A stretch of DNA of 64,000 bases, from IMG/VR virus record IMGVR_UViG_3300023108_000018; one strand, given 5' to 3'. Origin of the DNA: an uncultured virus (IMG/VR IMGVR_UViG_3300023108_000018) (Duplodnaviria; Heunggongvirae; Uroviricota; Caudoviricetes). Position numbers and translations under genes: made by a program. The first letter of the stretch is position 1. Each line of letters starts with the position of its first letter. The notes beneath the pieces were generated by a model. It searched no databases and was not told the DNA's origin. It saw nothing but the letters and a program-made list of their open reading frames with translations. This document shows positions 27,746-37,143 of the stretch, one piece after another.

Positions 27746-29310
27746 GCAAGTACTCTCCATTTTTTATAGATGTCTAAATTATTTATGTGGTCACAATCCA
27801 TACCTTCTACCCAAGGGCCTCCCCTAGTATAATGGATACCACTGAAATCCCACTTAACATCAGGGTCATCATATCCTTCTACAAATATGTATTTCTCAGG
27901 AATCTTACTGATCTTATCAGTCCATTCAAACTGATGGAGTTGTTTACCTGTCCAAGTGTTCACTGTTTCAGGTGTAAGTTTTTTACAATCTTCATGACCA
28001 TTATTAAATATCATCATACTAGACCATAATTTTTTTGGATAGTCTATGTTCACTTCTCCGTTAAACTTAGTTTCATCATGTTTATATTGAGGATACTGAA
28101 TACATGCAACTGCATCATCAGGATGTAGATAATAGAACATAGGTAATAAAGTTTTTTCAAAAATAAAATCATCATCTATGAAAATACTAAAACCCTCGTA
28201 ATTTTCTAAGTAAGGAATTAAAAACCTACTGTATGTAAACTCTGTTGATTGATTTGCATACTCTCTAGTATATTCAGGTATCTTTGATACATCTAATAGT
28301 TTTATTTCAGGTTCGTATCTTATTTCATTAATTAAATGTCCTGCACCTGTATCTTTAAAAATACTTTGTTCAATAGAAATTTTAGATACTTCTGCGAGGT
28401 TACCATGTCTACTATCGTAACCAATGTAAATGTTTAATGGTTTACCTTTACTTAAACTATGAACCTTTTTATTCCAATTGTAAATTTTTGGTCTGAACTC
28501 TTGCACATTCATCAGGTTACTGTTATATTCTAATGCACCCTGTATCAGTGTGAATGACACATTATAGTGTCCACCCATACCCATTCTTTGTCCAAGGTCT
28601 TCTCGTAGACTTAATTTGGTTTTCCAATACTCCATGAAATCTTCGAATCCAATGGGTTCTTGATCGATGGTGTCGTATGCATCTGTAATACACAATTCCA
28701 TATCAGGGTCACCCATCTCTTCAAAACAACCTGAACGTATAGAGCCTGGATGAATTCTTAGTTGATATCTACTATCTTTAACTAATTCTATTACTTGTCC
28801 TTGTATAGGTGCCCAAAGACCATCTTCTTGTATACTGTGTATTAACCAATGTGCCTTTGCACTATGGTAATACATTGAGTTTAAAGATTCTAAATCTCGT
28901 TTGGATAATGCATATTCTTGTTCATTGACATGATCTCTTAAATCAATATACTCACCATTTGTATCGACTGTATCCATACCTGCAATTTGATTTTCATGAT
29001 TGGGACGAGGTTTTTCAGTCCATCCTACTGGTAAGAATTTATGATAACATGGTGATTCGTTTTTTAGTCCATTGAACAAAGACCACTTTTCTCTTTTTCG
29101 TTCTTTCTCAAAATCTCCCCATTTAAAAATTTTTATAGGGGGTATAATTTCTTCAAAAACATATTTAAGAATTGCGTATGTTTCTTTATCCTTGTATTCT
29201 TGATCTAATTGAAGTGACCCAAAATGATAATAGGTATCTTTCCAGTCAGTTTTACCTGCTAGTTCTTCTTTTGCTTGGGATACGGATTCTATTTTAATAA
29301 AATTACTCAT
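27742..29310 (-). CDS. glycosyltransferase (GT-A, GT8/CDI-like C-terminal domain) with an extra N-terminal domain
   Basis: IYIGYDSR, STEFTYSRFLIPYL, IFIDDDF (DxD), YPKKLWSSMM, HYTRGGPW. Confidence 0.82.
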   Translation of the reverse strand: MSNFIKIESVSQAKEELAGKTDWKDTYYHFGSLQLDQEYKDKETYAILKYVFEEIIPPIKIFKWGDFEKERKREKWSLFNGLKNESPCYHKFLPVGWTEKPRPNHENQIAGMDTVDTNGEYIDLRDHVNEQEYALSKRDLESLNSMYYHSAKAHWLIHSIQEDGLWAPIQGQVIELVKDSRYQLRIHPGSIRSGCFEEMGDPDMELCITDAYDTIDQEPIGFEDFMEYWKTKLSLREDLGQRMGMGGHYNVSFTLIQGALEYNSNLMNVQEFRPKIYNWNKKVHSLSKGKPLNIYIGYDSRHGNLAEVSKISIEQSIFKDTGAGHLINEIRYEPEIKLLDVSKIPEYTREYANQSTEFTYSRFLIPYLENYEGFSIFIDDDFIFEKTLLPMFYYLHPDDAVACIQYPQYKHDETKFNGEVNIDYPKKLWSSMMIFNNGHEDCKKLTPETVNTWTGKQLHQFEWTDKISKIPEKYIFVEGYDDPDVKWDFSGIHYTRGGPWVEGMDCDHINNLDIYKKWRVLA

Positions 29311-29342
29311 AATATAAACTGTGATTTATTAGTATTTAGTTA

Positions 29343-30044
29343 CTATGTAATCGGTGTTGCTGGCCACTGTTGTGACAATACACCATCCCATCTTGCGACA
29401 GGAGTTCTACCTTGTCTAGCATACGTTGCAGGTTGTCTGTTCTGATATGTGAAAGGTGTTTGACCTTGTCTCGCATACGTACTAGGTTGTCTGTTTTGAT
29501 ATGTGAACGGTGTCTGCGAGTTCGAAGGATTTCTATATGTAAACGGCGACCTGTGATTATATGTAGAAGGTTGTCTTGCGTTTGCAATATAAGGATACGG
29601 TTGTTGTGCATCCCTAATGTTAGGTTCCTGTGCATTCTTAATAGTAGGTTGTTGTCCATTTCTAATGTTAGGTTCTTGTGCATTCCTAATATTAGGTTCT
29701 TGTGCATTTACTGGATTTCTATATGTAAATGGTGACCTATAGTTATATGTAAACGGTTGTCTTGCATTTGCACGATATGGAACCCTATATGTAAATGGCA
29801 CTCTATATGTAAAAGGTTGTCTCGCATTCGCAATATAAGGAACACGATATGTGAAAGGTGACTGATAAGTCACAGGTTGTTGTGCGTTAGCAGGGTACCT
29901 TGCACTGTATGTGAAAGGAGACTGATAAGTTACAGGCTGTTGAGCATTCGCAGGATATCTTGCGTTGTAAGTAAACGGTGCTTGGCTGTTGACCGTGGCA
30001 CGAGCCTGACCTTGCATCGATTGTCTGTGGAAACCTGTTGCCAT
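29343..30044 (-). CDS. Pro/Tyr/Gln-rich repeat protein A (zipper partner of 30063-31367)
   Basis: 26 Pro-terminated units of 6/8/10 aa (aa 24-215); GAGG RBS upstream. Confidence 0.85.
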   Translation of the reverse strand: MATGFHRQSMQGQARATVNSQAPFTYNARYPANAQQPVTYQSPFTYSARYPANAQQPVTYQSPFTYRVPYIANARQPFTYRVPFTYRVPYRANARQPFTYNYRSPFTYRNPVNAQEPNIRNAQEPNIRNGQQPTIKNAQEPNIRDAQQPYPYIANARQPSTYNHRSPFTYRNPSNSQTPFTYQNRQPSTYARQGQTPFTYQNRQPATYARQGRTPVARWDGVLSQQWPATPIT

Positions 30045-30062
30045 CTTACTTAATTCCTCTCA

Positions 30063-31367
30063 TTATTTCGTACTAATATTATGAACCATTAAACTATTTG
30101 CAAAGAAGTTATGATGTGGACTGTCTACACCAAAGTGATAAACCATCTCTTCATCTGCTTCTTCTATAGATTCAATAATTGACTCTGATAAATTTTGTTT
30201 TAAAATTGCATTGTTGATGTCTTTAATTGCATCACCGATCTGCAATTCTCCGTTGACTTCTTTCATGTCATCGGCATGTCCTAATTCTACTTCTTTATTC
30301 CAATCTTCTAAATTAATAACCTTCCATCCCTGATCTTCAACATAGAATGGATGACCACCTGTTACTTTTAACCACCCACCGTCTGTAAGTTGTAGTTTAT
30401 AAACTTTACACTCTCTTGGTTCCATGACATTTGATACACTTACTCTTTCCAGTTCGTTACTTTCTAGATTAAGTGAATACACCACATCACCCACTTGGAT
30501 GTTTTCTATAGGTGTCATTGAAGTGTCACCCATCCAAACTTGTGTTCCAGCAGCGAAACATCCTCCTCCACCGTAGAAGTAAACTGCTAAGAAACGGAAA
30601 GGATATGTATACGGTTGTTGCGAAGAACTAGGTTGTCTTGCGTTTGCAATATAAGGCACCCTATATGTAAACGGTGATCTAAATGCAACTGGTTGTCTTG
30701 CGTTAGCAATATAAGGTACTCGATATGTGAAAGGAGACCTAAATGCAACTGGTTGTCTTGCGTTTGCAGGATATCTAGCATTATACGTAAATGGTGTTTG
30801 ACCGTTTGCAGGATATCTAGCATTTGCAGGATATCTAGCATCATACGTAAATGGTGTTTGTCCGTTTCTTATATTAGGTTGTTGTGCATTTACAGGGTTT
30901 CTATATGTAAATGGAGACCTATGGTTATAGGTAAACGGTGATCTGTGTTGATACGTAAATGGTGACCTATGTTGATACGTAAATGGTGACCTATGTTGAT
31001 ACGTAAATGGTGATCGACCTGTTGCCTGATACGTGAAAGGTGTTTGTGCGTTCCTTATATTAGGTTCTTGTGCATTTACTGGATTCTGATATTCTGCAGG
31101 TTGTCTTGCGTTTGCAATGTAAGGTGTTTGTGCGTTTGCAATGTAAGGATAAGGTTGTTGTGCGTTAGCAATATAAGGCGTCTGACTGTTTGCAATGTAA
31201 GGATAAGGATTTTGAGTTGCTTCTTGACCTGATGCATTATTCCACCCTGTAGGTGTCTTAATATAAATCTGATCAACTGCTTTCCATGCTGTGGGAGTCT
31301 TTACCCATGCACCCCTAGTTGCATTCCAACCTGTAGGTGTTTTTACGCTTTGATTACCTGATGCCAT
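30063..31367 (-). CDS. repeat protein B: 3x (V/I)KTPTxW cap + Pro-repeat region + C-terminal Hint domain
   Basis: repeats at aa 55-246; GGGG|CFAAGT, TGGHPF and HNFFANSLMVHN Hint motifs. Confidence 0.88.
   Translation of the reverse strand: MASGNQSVKTPTGWNATRGAWVKTPTAWKAVDQIYIKTPTGWNNASGQEATQNPYPYIANSQTPYIANAQQPYPYIANAQTPYIANARQPAEYQNPVNAQEPNIRNAQTPFTYQATGRSPFTYQHRSPFTYQHRSPFTYQHRSPFTYNHRSPFTYRNPVNAQQPNIRNGQTPFTYDARYPANARYPANGQTPFTYNARYPANARQPVAFRSPFTYRVPYIANARQPVAFRSPFTYRVPYIANARQPSSSQQPYTYPFRFLAVYFYGGGGCFAAGTQVWMGDTSMTPIENIQVGDVVYSLNLESNELERVSVSNVMEPRECKVYKLQLTDGGWLKVTGGHPFYVEDQGWKVINLEDWNKEVELGHADDMKEVNGELQIGDAIKDINNAILKQNLSESIIESIEEADEEMVYHFGVDSPHHNFFANSLMVHNISTK
30946..31015. repeat. about three 24-nt tandem coding repeats (RSPFTYQH)
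   Basis: gttgatacgtaaatggtgacctat units. Confidence 0.85.
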
Positions 31368-31401
31368 TTACCTTTAATCCTCTAAAATATACTCCTATTT
31401 A

Positions 31402-33030
31402 TTAGGAGTATAAAATCCACAAATCACCAACTGCACCATCTGAAGAAGTTGGAGCAGAGGTTGATTGATACACATTCCTTGCAACACCACCACTGTTATT
31501 TGCGTAGTTTGTAGTAATTTGTGTAAATTCTACGTTTGATGATGTTGATACTGCCTGACCGATTGCAACTTCACCTGAACTGATTGAAACACCAGTTCCT
31601 GCAGTGATATGAGCTCTTACTTCAGCAGCACTTGGCCCTGTGTATGTAATTGTTCCACCACTGTATGCAAGTGAACCATCTCCACCAGCGTCAGTTACAG
31701 TAATTGCAGCTCTCGCTCTTGTATCAGTATAATACAAGTTGGATGACCCTTCTGAAACATCGTCTGTATCATGGTTTGACACATCTGAAACTGTTCCAGT
31801 TACATTACCAGTTAGGTTACCTTCGAATGTTCCTGCAACAAAAGTTTCTGAACCTACTGTCCATTTGTCATTTGTTTCGTCCCAAAGAAGTGTCTTAGCA
31901 GTAGAACCACCTCTAGTGACACTAATACCTGTATCTTCTGTAGGTGAACCTGAAGTGAAGTTACTGTTTAATGCAATGATATTATCTGCAAGGTTAATTG
32001 TTTCTGAGTTTACAGTTGTTGTAGTTCCTGAAACTGTTAAGTCACCTGAGACTGTTAGTGAATCATTAACTGCAACTACACCTGTTCCGTTTGCAGTAAG
32101 AACTAGGTTTGTATCTGCACTTCTTGACTCAATTGCATCTACATCAATTGAGTTTGAAAATGAGATTGCATTTCCATCTGATGAAGCAACGTTTGAACCT
32201 GCCTGTACTGAGATCGGCCCTTTTAATTGGATACTACCTGAACCTGTTGGGTCTAATTCAACGTCACCTGAACCTGATGTTTGGACACTAACATTTTGGT
32301 TCGCATCAGCAGAAACAACGATTGTTCCTGAACTATCTGATACTACTTGTTGACCGTTAACATATAATGACCCTGGCCCGACATACACATCTCTCCAAGT
32401 ATATGAAGATGAACCTAAGTCGTATGTGTTGTCTGCACTTGGTACGATATGACCTGTTACGTCTGAATCTGCAGTAAGTGTTATACCTGCGAATGAAGGT
32501 TTATCTGAAGTTCCAACTGCCTGACCGATACTAACTTCACCTGAACTGATTCCAACACCAGTTCCAGCAGTGATATGTGCCTGTACTTCTGATGCACTAG
32601 GCCCTGTGTAAGTGAGTACACCTGTACTGTTATCGTATGCAAGTGAACCATCTCCACCTGAATCTGTTACTGAAATCTTTCCTCTGATAGCAGCGTCAGT
32701 AATTGATAAATCAACTGCACCGTCTCCTGCATCATCGTAAGATGCAGTAATGTTAGTATGTGAACCGTTAGTTACTAACTGAGCACCAACGATATCTTGA
32801 ATTTCTTCTTCAGTTTTACCAGTTGATGAGATTGTGATAGTGTCGTTTGTATCATCATAAGTTACAGTTGTTGAACCTGAACCTTGAATGATACCACCAA
32901 TCTTATCTGCAATTGCTTCGTCTAAAGCAGTTCCTACTGCACTTGCAGTGATACTACCTGAACTATCAATGACTTCGGTTGTACCAACCGTAAGTCCGTT
33001 CTTGATTATGAAATTCTTTTCTCCTGCCAT
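31402..33030 (-). CDS. tail fibre protein
   Basis: G/S/T-rich; [18 protein letters not shown] shaft motif; internal duplicated TDxGGDGSLAY...HITAGTGV block; C-terminal SAPTSSDGAVGDLW. Confidence 0.8.
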   Translation of the reverse strand: MAGEKNFIIKNGLTVGTTEVIDSSGSITASAVGTALDEAIADKIGGIIQGSGSTTVTYDDTNDTITISSTGKTEEEIQDIVGAQLVTNGSHTNITASYDDAGDGAVDLSITDAAIRGKISVTDSGGDGSLAYDNSTGVLTYTGPSASEVQAHITAGTGVGISSGEVSIGQAVGTSDKPSFAGITLTADSDVTGHIVPSADNTYDLGSSSYTWRDVYVGPGSLYVNGQQVVSDSSGTIVVSADANQNVSVQTSGSGDVELDPTGSGSIQLKGPISVQAGSNVASSDGNAISFSNSIDVDAIESRSADTNLVLTANGTGVVAVNDSLTVSGDLTVSGTTTTVNSETINLADNIIALNSNFTSGSPTEDTGISVTRGGSTAKTLLWDETNDKWTVGSETFVAGTFEGNLTGNVTGTVSDVSNHDTDDVSEGSSNLYYTDTRARAAITVTDAGGDGSLAYSGGTITYTGPSAAEVRAHITAGTGVSISSGEVAIGQAVSTSSNVEFTQITTNYANNSGGVARNVYQSTSAPTSSDGAVGDLWILYS

Positions 33031-33263
33031 TAGATACTACCTCCATCAATTTGCACGTTTGCAAGTGTTTTTGATGCAGAACTATCGGCGAGATGCGTGT
33101 CTACTCTTGAAGTAGAAAAATACAAATTACTTGACCCTTCTGAAAGGTTGTCGGTGTCTAAGTCTGAGATTGCAGCTGCTTGTAATTTACCTGAACTGTT
33201 AATAATTTCCGTAGACCCAACTGTCAAACCGTATTCGATAACAAATGTGTTTTTAGTTGCCAT
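33030..33263 (-). CDS. small fibre-associated protein
   Basis: N-terminus paralogous to 31402-33030; DTDNLSEGSSNLYF; C-terminal IDGGSI. Confidence 0.7.
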   Translation of the reverse strand: MATKNTFVIEYGLTVGSTEIINSSGKLQAAAISDLDTDNLSEGSSNLYFSTSRVDTHLADSSASKTLANVQIDGGSI

Positions 33264-33328
33264 TTTTCGTGTGTCCTATGTCAAAATGTGGGTTATTATA
33301 CTTTTATTTATGAAAGTATGACGTTCAA

Positions 33329-34165
33329 TCAAACATCTATTTCAATTTTTTTATATTTAAATACAGTTGAATTGGTTGAAGCAGGTGAAATTTTTAGTTT
33401 CACATTACCACTTTCAATTGCAACTGAGAATGTAGCGAGTTCCGTAGTTCCTCCTGCAAGTACGGTACCAAACTGAGAGAAGAATGCATTACTTCCATCA
33501 TGTAATACATGTATCTCAGTCATCTGATATTCAGATGCAGTAGAATCGGATATCGATATAGTATATTTAACAGATCGATACGTTGAAGCGGAGAAAGAAT
33601 CTAAATCGGTTTCTGATGTCGAGGTAGTTGTTGCAGTTCCTGAAGTTAATCCTGTTCCTGCATCCTGAAATGATAGTGTACCACTACCATTGGTTGTGAG
33701 AACTTGACCATTTGTTCCATCTGTTGTTGGATATGCAATGTTTGAACCAGTGATACTATTCGTTACATTAAGTGTCGTTGCAGTCAAATCTCCTACTTCT
33801 AAGGCTGCTTTTGCGTATCCTGTTCCTGAAGTGTTGACTGTTGTAGTTGGTTCAACCTCTAAACCATCGAATAGTTTCCAAGTAGAATCTGATGCATCTC
33901 TGAATAAACCTGTGTATTCACTTGCACCTCCATCTGATAAACCATCATCATAATTACCATACAAACCAATGTCAAGTGTGTCAGAACTCGTATTTGCATT
34001 TGCGAGTTCAAGCATTGAGTCTGCGACTGATGTAGTTGTTGAGTTAACTGTAATTGTTGTTCCATTTACAGTGAGGTTGCCTGCAATCGTAGTGTTACCA
34101 TCGACAATCAAATCACCATTTGTAGAAAGCCCAATATCCGATAATAATTTTTGTTTTGTCGCCAT
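33329..34165 (-). CDS. tail fibre protein
   Basis: GNLTVNGTT shaft; DGTNGQVLTTNGSG; C-terminal YRSVKY...HDG domain. Confidence 0.75.
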   Translation of the reverse strand: MATKQKLLSDIGLSTNGDLIVDGNTTIAGNLTVNGTTITVNSTTTSVADSMLELANANTSSDTLDIGLYGNYDDGLSDGGASEYTGLFRDASDSTWKLFDGLEVEPTTTVNTSGTGYAKAALEVGDLTATTLNVTNSITGSNIAYPTTDGTNGQVLTTNGSGTLSFQDAGTGLTSGTATTTSTSETDLDSFSASTYRSVKYTISISDSTASEYQMTEIHVLHDGSNAFFSQFGTVLAGGTTELATFSVAIESGNVKLKISPASTNSTVFKYKKIEIDV

Positions 34166-34170
34166 AGTAC

Positions 34171-34178
34171 TATTTATA
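34171..34178 (-). promoter_or_regulatory. T4-type late promoter
   Basis: TATAAATA 5 nt before ATG. Confidence 0.75.
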
Positions 34179-34196
34179 CTTTTTTAAAAGTACAGA

Positions 34197-34226
34197 TAAA
34201 AAGAAGGGGACGTAGTGTCCCCCTCT
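34197..34226 (-). terminator. intrinsic terminator
   Basis: GGGGAC-N5-GTCCCC stem followed by a T-tract on the - strand. Confidence 0.75.
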
Positions 34227-34245
34227 AAAGATTGCTTACTGTTAA

Positions 34246-34656
34246 TTAAGCGTCAACTACAATCCTATCGAATTGGATAACTGTAGAAGATGAAGATGCT
34301 GGTGTTACCAACAATCTTACATCACTTCCGTCGATATCTGCATCGAAAGTTGCAAGTGAACTAGACTTCAGTGTACCATATTGAGTCATTGTTACACTAC
34401 TACCATCGTGGACAAGCATAACTTCTGTTGAATGGAAGTCACTACCTTGTGACATAGCGACGATATAACGTGCAGCTCTGAAATCTGTCTTTGCAAAGGT
34501 GTCGAGACTAAACTCAGTTGTAGAGGTTCTTGTTGAATTACCTCTCTTTGAGTTTTTATCTCTTGTTTTCTTTGCAGTAACGATTTCATCATTTGACGTA
34601 TCGTATGAGAATACACGAATTAACTCAGCAATTTTAAAAGCATTTGTCTTAGCCAT
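34246..34656 (-). CDS. fibre-associated structural protein
   Basis: C-terminal FRAARY...HSTEVMLVHDG...QYG domain shared with neighbours. Confidence 0.7.
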   Translation of the reverse strand: MAKTNAFKIAELIRVFSYDTSNDEIVTAKKTRDKNSKRGNSTRTSTTEFSLDTFAKTDFRAARYIVAMSQGSDFHSTEVMLVHDGSSVTMTQYGTLKSSSLATFDADIDGSDVRLLVTPASSSSTVIQFDRIVVDA

Positions 34657-34669
34657 TTCTTATATCCTC

Positions 34670-35494
34670 CTATGACATCCTAATTTGGAATGTATCCACT
34701 GTTGTATTAGTGTTAACAGGTGTAATGAGAAGTCTCATATTACCTGAATTAACGTCTGAACTCAATGAGAACAATGATGCGTTTGAATATGTATCACCGT
34801 ATTGTACGAAGTACGCATTCGACCCATCATTGATCAATAACACTTCTGCGGCATGTGTTCCTGCACTCGCATGAGTGGCAGTAATCACATACTTCACAGC
34901 CTTGTTTGCAACTGCATTAGATGATAAAACTTGATCAGATGTTGTTGCAGTGAAAGTATTTGCAGTAAAGAAACCTTGAACTAAGTTCGCAGCCTCTGTG
35001 ATTGCAACTACTTCTACAACGTCACCTGAAATGGCGTTCTCAGTAAGTGTAATAACTGTACTACTTGTTGCAGTATAGTCAGAACCTGAGACTAACTTAA
35101 CACCGTTAATATACACTTGTTCTGTTCCTGAGGAATATGAAAGTGTATTACTATTATCATCTGCACCTGTAATTGAAGTACCAGTTGATGTAATAGAGTA
35201 GGTAAAAGTTACAACCCCTGAAGACGGTTGAGCGGCGAAACTTATTGTTCCACTACCATCTGTCTGTAGGACTTGACCTGAAGTACCATCTGAAGTTGGG
35301 AAAGAGTACGCATCGTTAACAGTAAGAGTTGCAGGATTTGACCCTACTTCAACAATTGAAGCAGAACCATCATCCTTCTCAGTATAGACTCTACCGTGAT
35401 AGGTATTAATACCTATCTCACCTAATGATAAATCACTAGTTGATGGTACAGAATTCTGAGTTGAACTCCTCTTGAATTGAATTACTGTTGCCAT
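34670..35494 (-). CDS. tail fibre protein
   Basis: MATVIQFKRS...LGEIGIN N-terminus; VYINGVKL domain; shared C-terminal domain. Confidence 0.75.
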   Translation of the reverse strand: MATVIQFKRSSTQNSVPSTSDLSLGEIGINTYHGRVYTEKDDGSASIVEVGSNPATLTVNDAYSFPTSDGTSGQVLQTDGSGTISFAAQPSSGVVTFTYSITSTGTSITGADDNSNTLSYSSGTEQVYINGVKLVSGSDYTATSSTVITLTENAISGDVVEVVAITEAANLVQGFFTANTFTATTSDQVLSSNAVANKAVKYVITATHASAGTHAAEVLLINDGSNAYFVQYGDTYSNASLFSLSSDVNSGNMRLLITPVNTNTTVDTFQIRMS

Positions 35495-35523
35495 TTGCTA
35501 CTCCTGTTATAGACTAAGTGTTA

Positions 35524-37095
35524 TTAAAATGTTCCACCGTCGATAGCAGTAATGCTTACAGCTCCTGAACTCACTGTAAAGTTATTTGAATCGTAAGAAG
35601 CAATACCTTTTGCAGATGTTGTTGCATCGTCGATAGCAACATCACCTGAAGTTACAGTGAAATATGAACCTGAGAATGAAGCAATACCTTTATTTGAGTC
35701 TGTTGCATCCTCACCTGCGATAGTGATAGCACCATCTGCATTAGTGATGTCAACACCTTCTCCAGCTGTTAAAGCTGCAAGTTCCATGTCTCCGTTAGAG
35801 CCATTACCAATCATCAATTGACCTGCTGTTGGAGCAGCGCCGTCTAATGATGTGATTGAACCTGAAAGTGCAAGACCTGATGCCTCTAAACCACCAAATA
35901 CTGCGTTACCGACTGAACCTGAGAATACTGATGAAGAGTCAGTTGCATCTTGGATGAACTTAAACTTACCATCTGAATCGTCCATACCAAAGAAACCAAC
36001 TTTAGCAGCTGAACCATTGTGCCACTTAAATTTGATACCTCTGTCTAGGTTGTCATCTGATGCATCATCACCGATTTCAAATACAGGGTCTGCAACTGAA
36101 GTAGTTGTAGAGTTTACAGTTGTAGTTGTACCATTAACAGTTAAGTTTCCTGAAACTGTTAAGTTACCTGAAGCAGCGATATTAGTTGATGTAATATCGT
36201 CTGATGTCAGTGTACCGTCTACTTGAACATTGTTAAATTGAACGTTGTCAGATGTACCAACTGACTGACCAATTGCAAATGTAACTGCTTGGTTAGCGGC
36301 AGATGTTGTTACACCTGTTCCACCTGTGAAAGTGATTGATTGTGAATCTAAATCGATTGCACCAGTACCACTGTCAGCAGCGACATCTAAGTCTTGAGCT
36401 GTTACTTGAGAGTCAACGTATGCTTTAACTGATTGTTGTGAAGGAACTTTGACATCTGAATCAGAAGACATGTCATCTTCGTCAACAAAGAAGTCAATCA
36501 TACCGAGTTCAACAGCGCTGTTTGCGATTGTTACAGCACCTGCTGAATCCATTGTTACATCACCACTGATTGCTACGTTATCAAATGAATCTGAACCGTC
36601 ATGGACAAGAATGTGTCCTGATGCAGGGCTAGAAATATCTGAGTCTGTTGCGCCAGCAAGTGTTGAAGTAGTAGATAGGAATGAAAGTGAACCACTTCCG
36701 TCTGTTCCTAGTACTTGGTTTGCACTACCATCAGCTGAAGGTAATGTAAACGTTACATTAGAAGCTACTGAATCAGGAGCTTTAAGTGCTACATAGTTTA
36801 CACCATTGTCAGAATCTTCTAATAACTGAACCTCACCACCAGCAGTCGAACCATTACCAACTTTAAAGTTAGCAGGTGTTGCAGAAGAACCTGCAAGAAT
36901 GTCTGTGTAGTATTTACCACCAATCGCATGGATTAATGGGGTTGAGTTATCGGAATCAACTGATTCGATAAACAGTTTAGCACCAGCACCTGAATTACTT
37001 CTGTCCTGAATATACGCTAATTCACCTTCCGATAAATCTGATACTGTAGGCGCAGAAGAACCAGTACTTCTTTTAATTTGAATTACTGTTGCCAT
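35524..37095 (-). CDS. tail fibre protein
   Basis: [10 protein letters not shown]...EGELAY N-terminus; [24 protein letters not shown] repeats; C-terminal IDGGTF. Confidence 0.8.
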   Translation of the reverse strand: MATVIQIKRSTGSSAPTVSDLSEGELAYIQDRSNSGAGAKLFIESVDSDNSTPLIHAIGGKYYTDILAGSSATPANFKVGNGSTAGGEVQLLEDSDNGVNYVALKAPDSVASNVTFTLPSADGSANQVLGTDGSGSLSFLSTTSTLAGATDSDISSPASGHILVHDGSDSFDNVAISGDVTMDSAGAVTIANSAVELGMIDFFVDEDDMSSDSDVKVPSQQSVKAYVDSQVTAQDLDVAADSGTGAIDLDSQSITFTGGTGVTTSAANQAVTFAIGQSVGTSDNVQFNNVQVDGTLTSDDITSTNIAASGNLTVSGNLTVNGTTTTVNSTTTSVADPVFEIGDDASDDNLDRGIKFKWHNGSAAKVGFFGMDDSDGKFKFIQDATDSSSVFSGSVGNAVFGGLEASGLALSGSITSLDGAAPTAGQLMIGNGSNGDMELAALTAGEGVDITNADGAITIAGEDATDSNKGIASFSGSYFTVTSGDVAIDDATTSAKGIASYDSNNFTVSSGAVSITAIDGGTF

Positions 37096-37143
37096 TTTTT
37101 TCTCCTAAAAAATTTTATTTTTTATAAAAGTAATTTACGTAAA

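Noticed and set aside
30063..30560. Mobile homing intein
   Set aside because: There is no endonuclease domain, the +1 residue is Ile, and only four residues follow, so it is better read as a processing Hint domain.
30930..31030. 24-nt direct repeats as a possible CRISPR array
   Set aside because: The repeats are contiguous with no unique spacers, are in frame with protein B, and no cas genes are present.
29400..31205. DNA inverted repeat or sense-antisense coding as the cause of A/B mirroring
   Set aside because: Both genes are on the same strand, and paired units checked (e.g. FTYRNP vs VNAQEP codons) are not nucleotide reverse complements.
29336..31276. Alternative-frame repetitive ORFs (29336-29707, 29412-29735, 30587-30844, 30693-30941, 31044-31232, 31076-31276)
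   Set aside because: They are shadows of the in-frame repeats of A and B, with no independent start signals.
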